From Tubulanus polymorphus (lineage: Eukaryota > Animalia > Nemertea): a stretch of 64,000 bases of DNA. A model generated the notes under the pieces. It was not told the DNA's origin. It did no database searches and saw nothing but the letters and a program-made list of their open reading frames with translations. The stretch is taken from assembly GCF_964204645.1 (NCBI RefSeq), contig NC_134029.1, forward strand, positions 10,132,850-10,196,849. The letters run 5' to 3'. The position numbers and the translations under genes were made by a program. Positions 61,501-64,000 of the stretch are shown here, piece after piece (the first letter of the stretch is position 1; each line of letters opens with the position of its first letter).

Positions 61501-64000
61501 TCCGATCACGAGTTCGGCTTTTCATTTTAAAATGGATTACATTAATCACTCGTCATAAATTTCTTCTGCATGGCTGCCTTTTAGCCATTCGGCACGGCGA
61601 CGATTACATATTCTTTTTAGTATCTTGGCATAAAGGTGAATTTAAAGTTGAGTCCCGCAATCGAGACCTTGAAGGTTTTCGAATGAAATACTTCAATTTA
61701 ATATTGCATAAATTCTCCATGCGCCAGGGATGACAGTCATTTAAATGAACCAGACCAGTACCCAGCTCAATACTCGCGCATATAAACTTGGAACATGCAC
61801 AACAATAATCGCATTCAACAACACTAGCTTGTATTGATCGAGCAAGTATATTGACATTTCTATTACACCAAGAATAACTAGCCCCGTGGCACAATAATTC
61901 TAGGGATTGGTACCTACTCATTCATACTGCTGCGTGAATGAAAGACTATATACGCTTTAATACAAAGCCATTTTTAACTTTTTTACTGTACAGAAAAAAG
62001 CTTGCAGTACTATCCAGTTAATAATCTATTCCTTTCACTGTCTGCGTGGCGTTTCTTCAGTTCTTCAGTACCGGCACTATTTTCAAAAAAGGGATCGGTT
62101 GGTTCTGTGTTAGAAAGGTTTTTAAAAATGAAAGGCCGCTCTAATCGTATTCGGGTCAAAAAGGTTTTATCCAATTATGATCATCGAAATTCATGAAACA
62201 CGCTACGGCACAAGATTTAAACCATATTCAACTGAGTGGTATACTTTAATCATTTAATCCCTATGCATTTACGGTGCGGAAGTACAACACCTGTGTAGTA
62301 TAGGTAAGAAAGTACCAACAGGTGATATGGGAAGATTATGTATAACGGGGGAAGAATTCACCCTGAACCATGAATACACTGAATAACACCACACTAACTA
62401 TTCATAGAAGTAGCCTACGTGTGAGTGAGGAGCAGTTCCGATGCTCTCCTGCCTATCTTTCGTTCCATCTTTCGTTTGTGTGTTCCAGAAGATTATCACC
62501 CCAACCACGATCAATCAATGGAGTCGGCCTATAACTACCAGCAAGAACTTTTATCAAATTAGGATCAGTTGGTCATTTATGATTGAAATCAGTTAAATTC
62601 TTATGGCAATCTATGGCAATAAATTCAAATGTTAAATGGCGATAAATTCAAATTTACAACATTAAAACCAAGCAGCTTAAAGCTATATCCAGCTTGAATA
62701 CTTTTAATTTGATCACTTAAAAGCACTTTCTTCAATTACACTTACATAGAAGGGAGAGAAAAAATAATGACAGCAAACTTAAATTCAAGGGATCAGAGAG
62801 AAATGCCTAAAGTCCCAGTGGGCTAAAAATCTATCAAAAAATGAATTCTGAGGCATCTAACATAAAAATCTTTGGACAGTTACAAAGCCCTGATGTCATA
62901 TCCCCAACAACCAATGGCTGTTCTAGGAAATTTGGAAGGCAGTGGGTCTTAAATATAAGGTATGCTTTATCAAGGAGCAGGAGTCCTTTGCTAGTTGCTG
63001 GAATCACTTGAATATGTGATGAACAGATTGGCGATGCCTGTGCGCGTGAATGGCAAATTTTCAATCAACATCTTGTCTTAGAATTTCAACTTGAAATAAA
63101 GAGGCCCATGGGCCTTGAAGCTTCGGTACTGATGTTATAAACCGAATAAGAGTGCTCTTTGGATTGGCTGATATTGAATAATATCTTCAAGAACCGATAA
63201 TTTTTTTCGCATTTTTCAACTAACATTGACAACTGATGCCGCAGGAACGAAAATTTCAGGTTGGTTTTTTTCCAACGATTCATGCTAAATAAAATTGATT
63301 TGAATTAGATTTGTTTGCTGAATAAAATCTAATTGAATCTTTGAGTTCAAATTGAATTGAATTTTCTCAATCGTTGCTTCATGATTTAATCTCATTTGTT
63401 TAAATATTAGTACTTCATAAAAGTTTGTGAAACTAAAGCCGTACCAACTAGAGCGTGTTACTCGACTAGGACTAAAATCTCTGTGAGATATGGCTTATCG
63501 AGTCAAAATGATGGCCTAGAAAGATCGACAGGTAGAACAATTACAAGGTGCCAATTCAAACCAATGTAGTCGTCCGCATATTGATGACTGGGACCAGAGA
63601 AGGCAAAAATAGGCCCATGACCACAAGGTTTTTTTTTCCTAAAATAATATTTATTGAAAATACGGAATGTCACCCTCTCGACAAAAATGAATCATGAAGA
63701 GGAAAAGACGTCATGAAATGATTTCCTGGCGCAAAGAATGCCAATAAGGGTAATCGATTTTAAGTACTAAGTATAGGAGCTCACTTCTTTTCAATTCCAG
63801 GGCGACACGATTTTCGAGTCATATTAGTAGCTCAGGTGACTACGTCTACCGAAGCTAAAAAGCCCGACTAGATTCATACATAATTGAACATAACTTGGTT
63901 ACATTCTGTGTTAGCCAGATACAGTGAAAATTTCAGTTACTCAGTTTCAGTTACAGGAAATCCATGGCTCAGAACAACCGTTCACATGGGTACCAAATGG

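Noticed and set aside
61986-63064. Possible additional minus-strand exons near 62-63 kb
   Set aside because: Some open stretches look protein-like, but no consistent acceptor/donor pairs or homology could be established.
1-64000. Most short ORFs in the six-frame track
   Set aside because: Eukaryotic intronic, intergenic or repeat DNA. They lack splice-compatible structure or recognisable motifs, and many are antisense shadows of real exons (e.g. 14420-15019, 6021-6608).

Overview
AT-rich eukaryotic (invertebrate animal, probably lophotrochozoan) genomic DNA with spliceosomal introns and dense DNA-transposon debris. Three genes can be built on the + strand: the last two exons of a cysteine-rich, PDGF/VEGF-like gene (308-1081); a five-exon calmodulin-like gene with an acidic N-terminal extension and mostly degenerate EF-hands (5087-7214, 211 aa); and a four-coding-exon BTBD1/BTBD2 orthologue (BTB-BACK-PHR, 14205-29038, 522 aa). 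The region from ~45 to 64 kb looks like the long 3' UTR and introns of an unidentified minus-strand gene. The standout feature is a 3784-bp, very AT-rich, virus-like insertion at 36444-40227. It has a 6-bp TSD (TATGCC), AGT...ACT termini and ~98% identical 585/600-bp terminal inverted repeats (Maverick/Polinton-style ends). Each end is itself a 150-nt imperfect hairpin. It carries four intronless orphan ORFs (two with zinc-finger motifs, one with tandem LC8-like motifs) but no polymerase, integrase or capsid, and one ORF is interrupted by a 502-bp solo LTR. Other elements: piggyBac-, Kolobok-, Harbinger-, pogo- and hAT-type non-autonomous elements, Helentron-like repeats, tRNA-derived SINEs, and CR1 and RTE LINE fragments. 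All coordinates were read by eye; no database searches were run.
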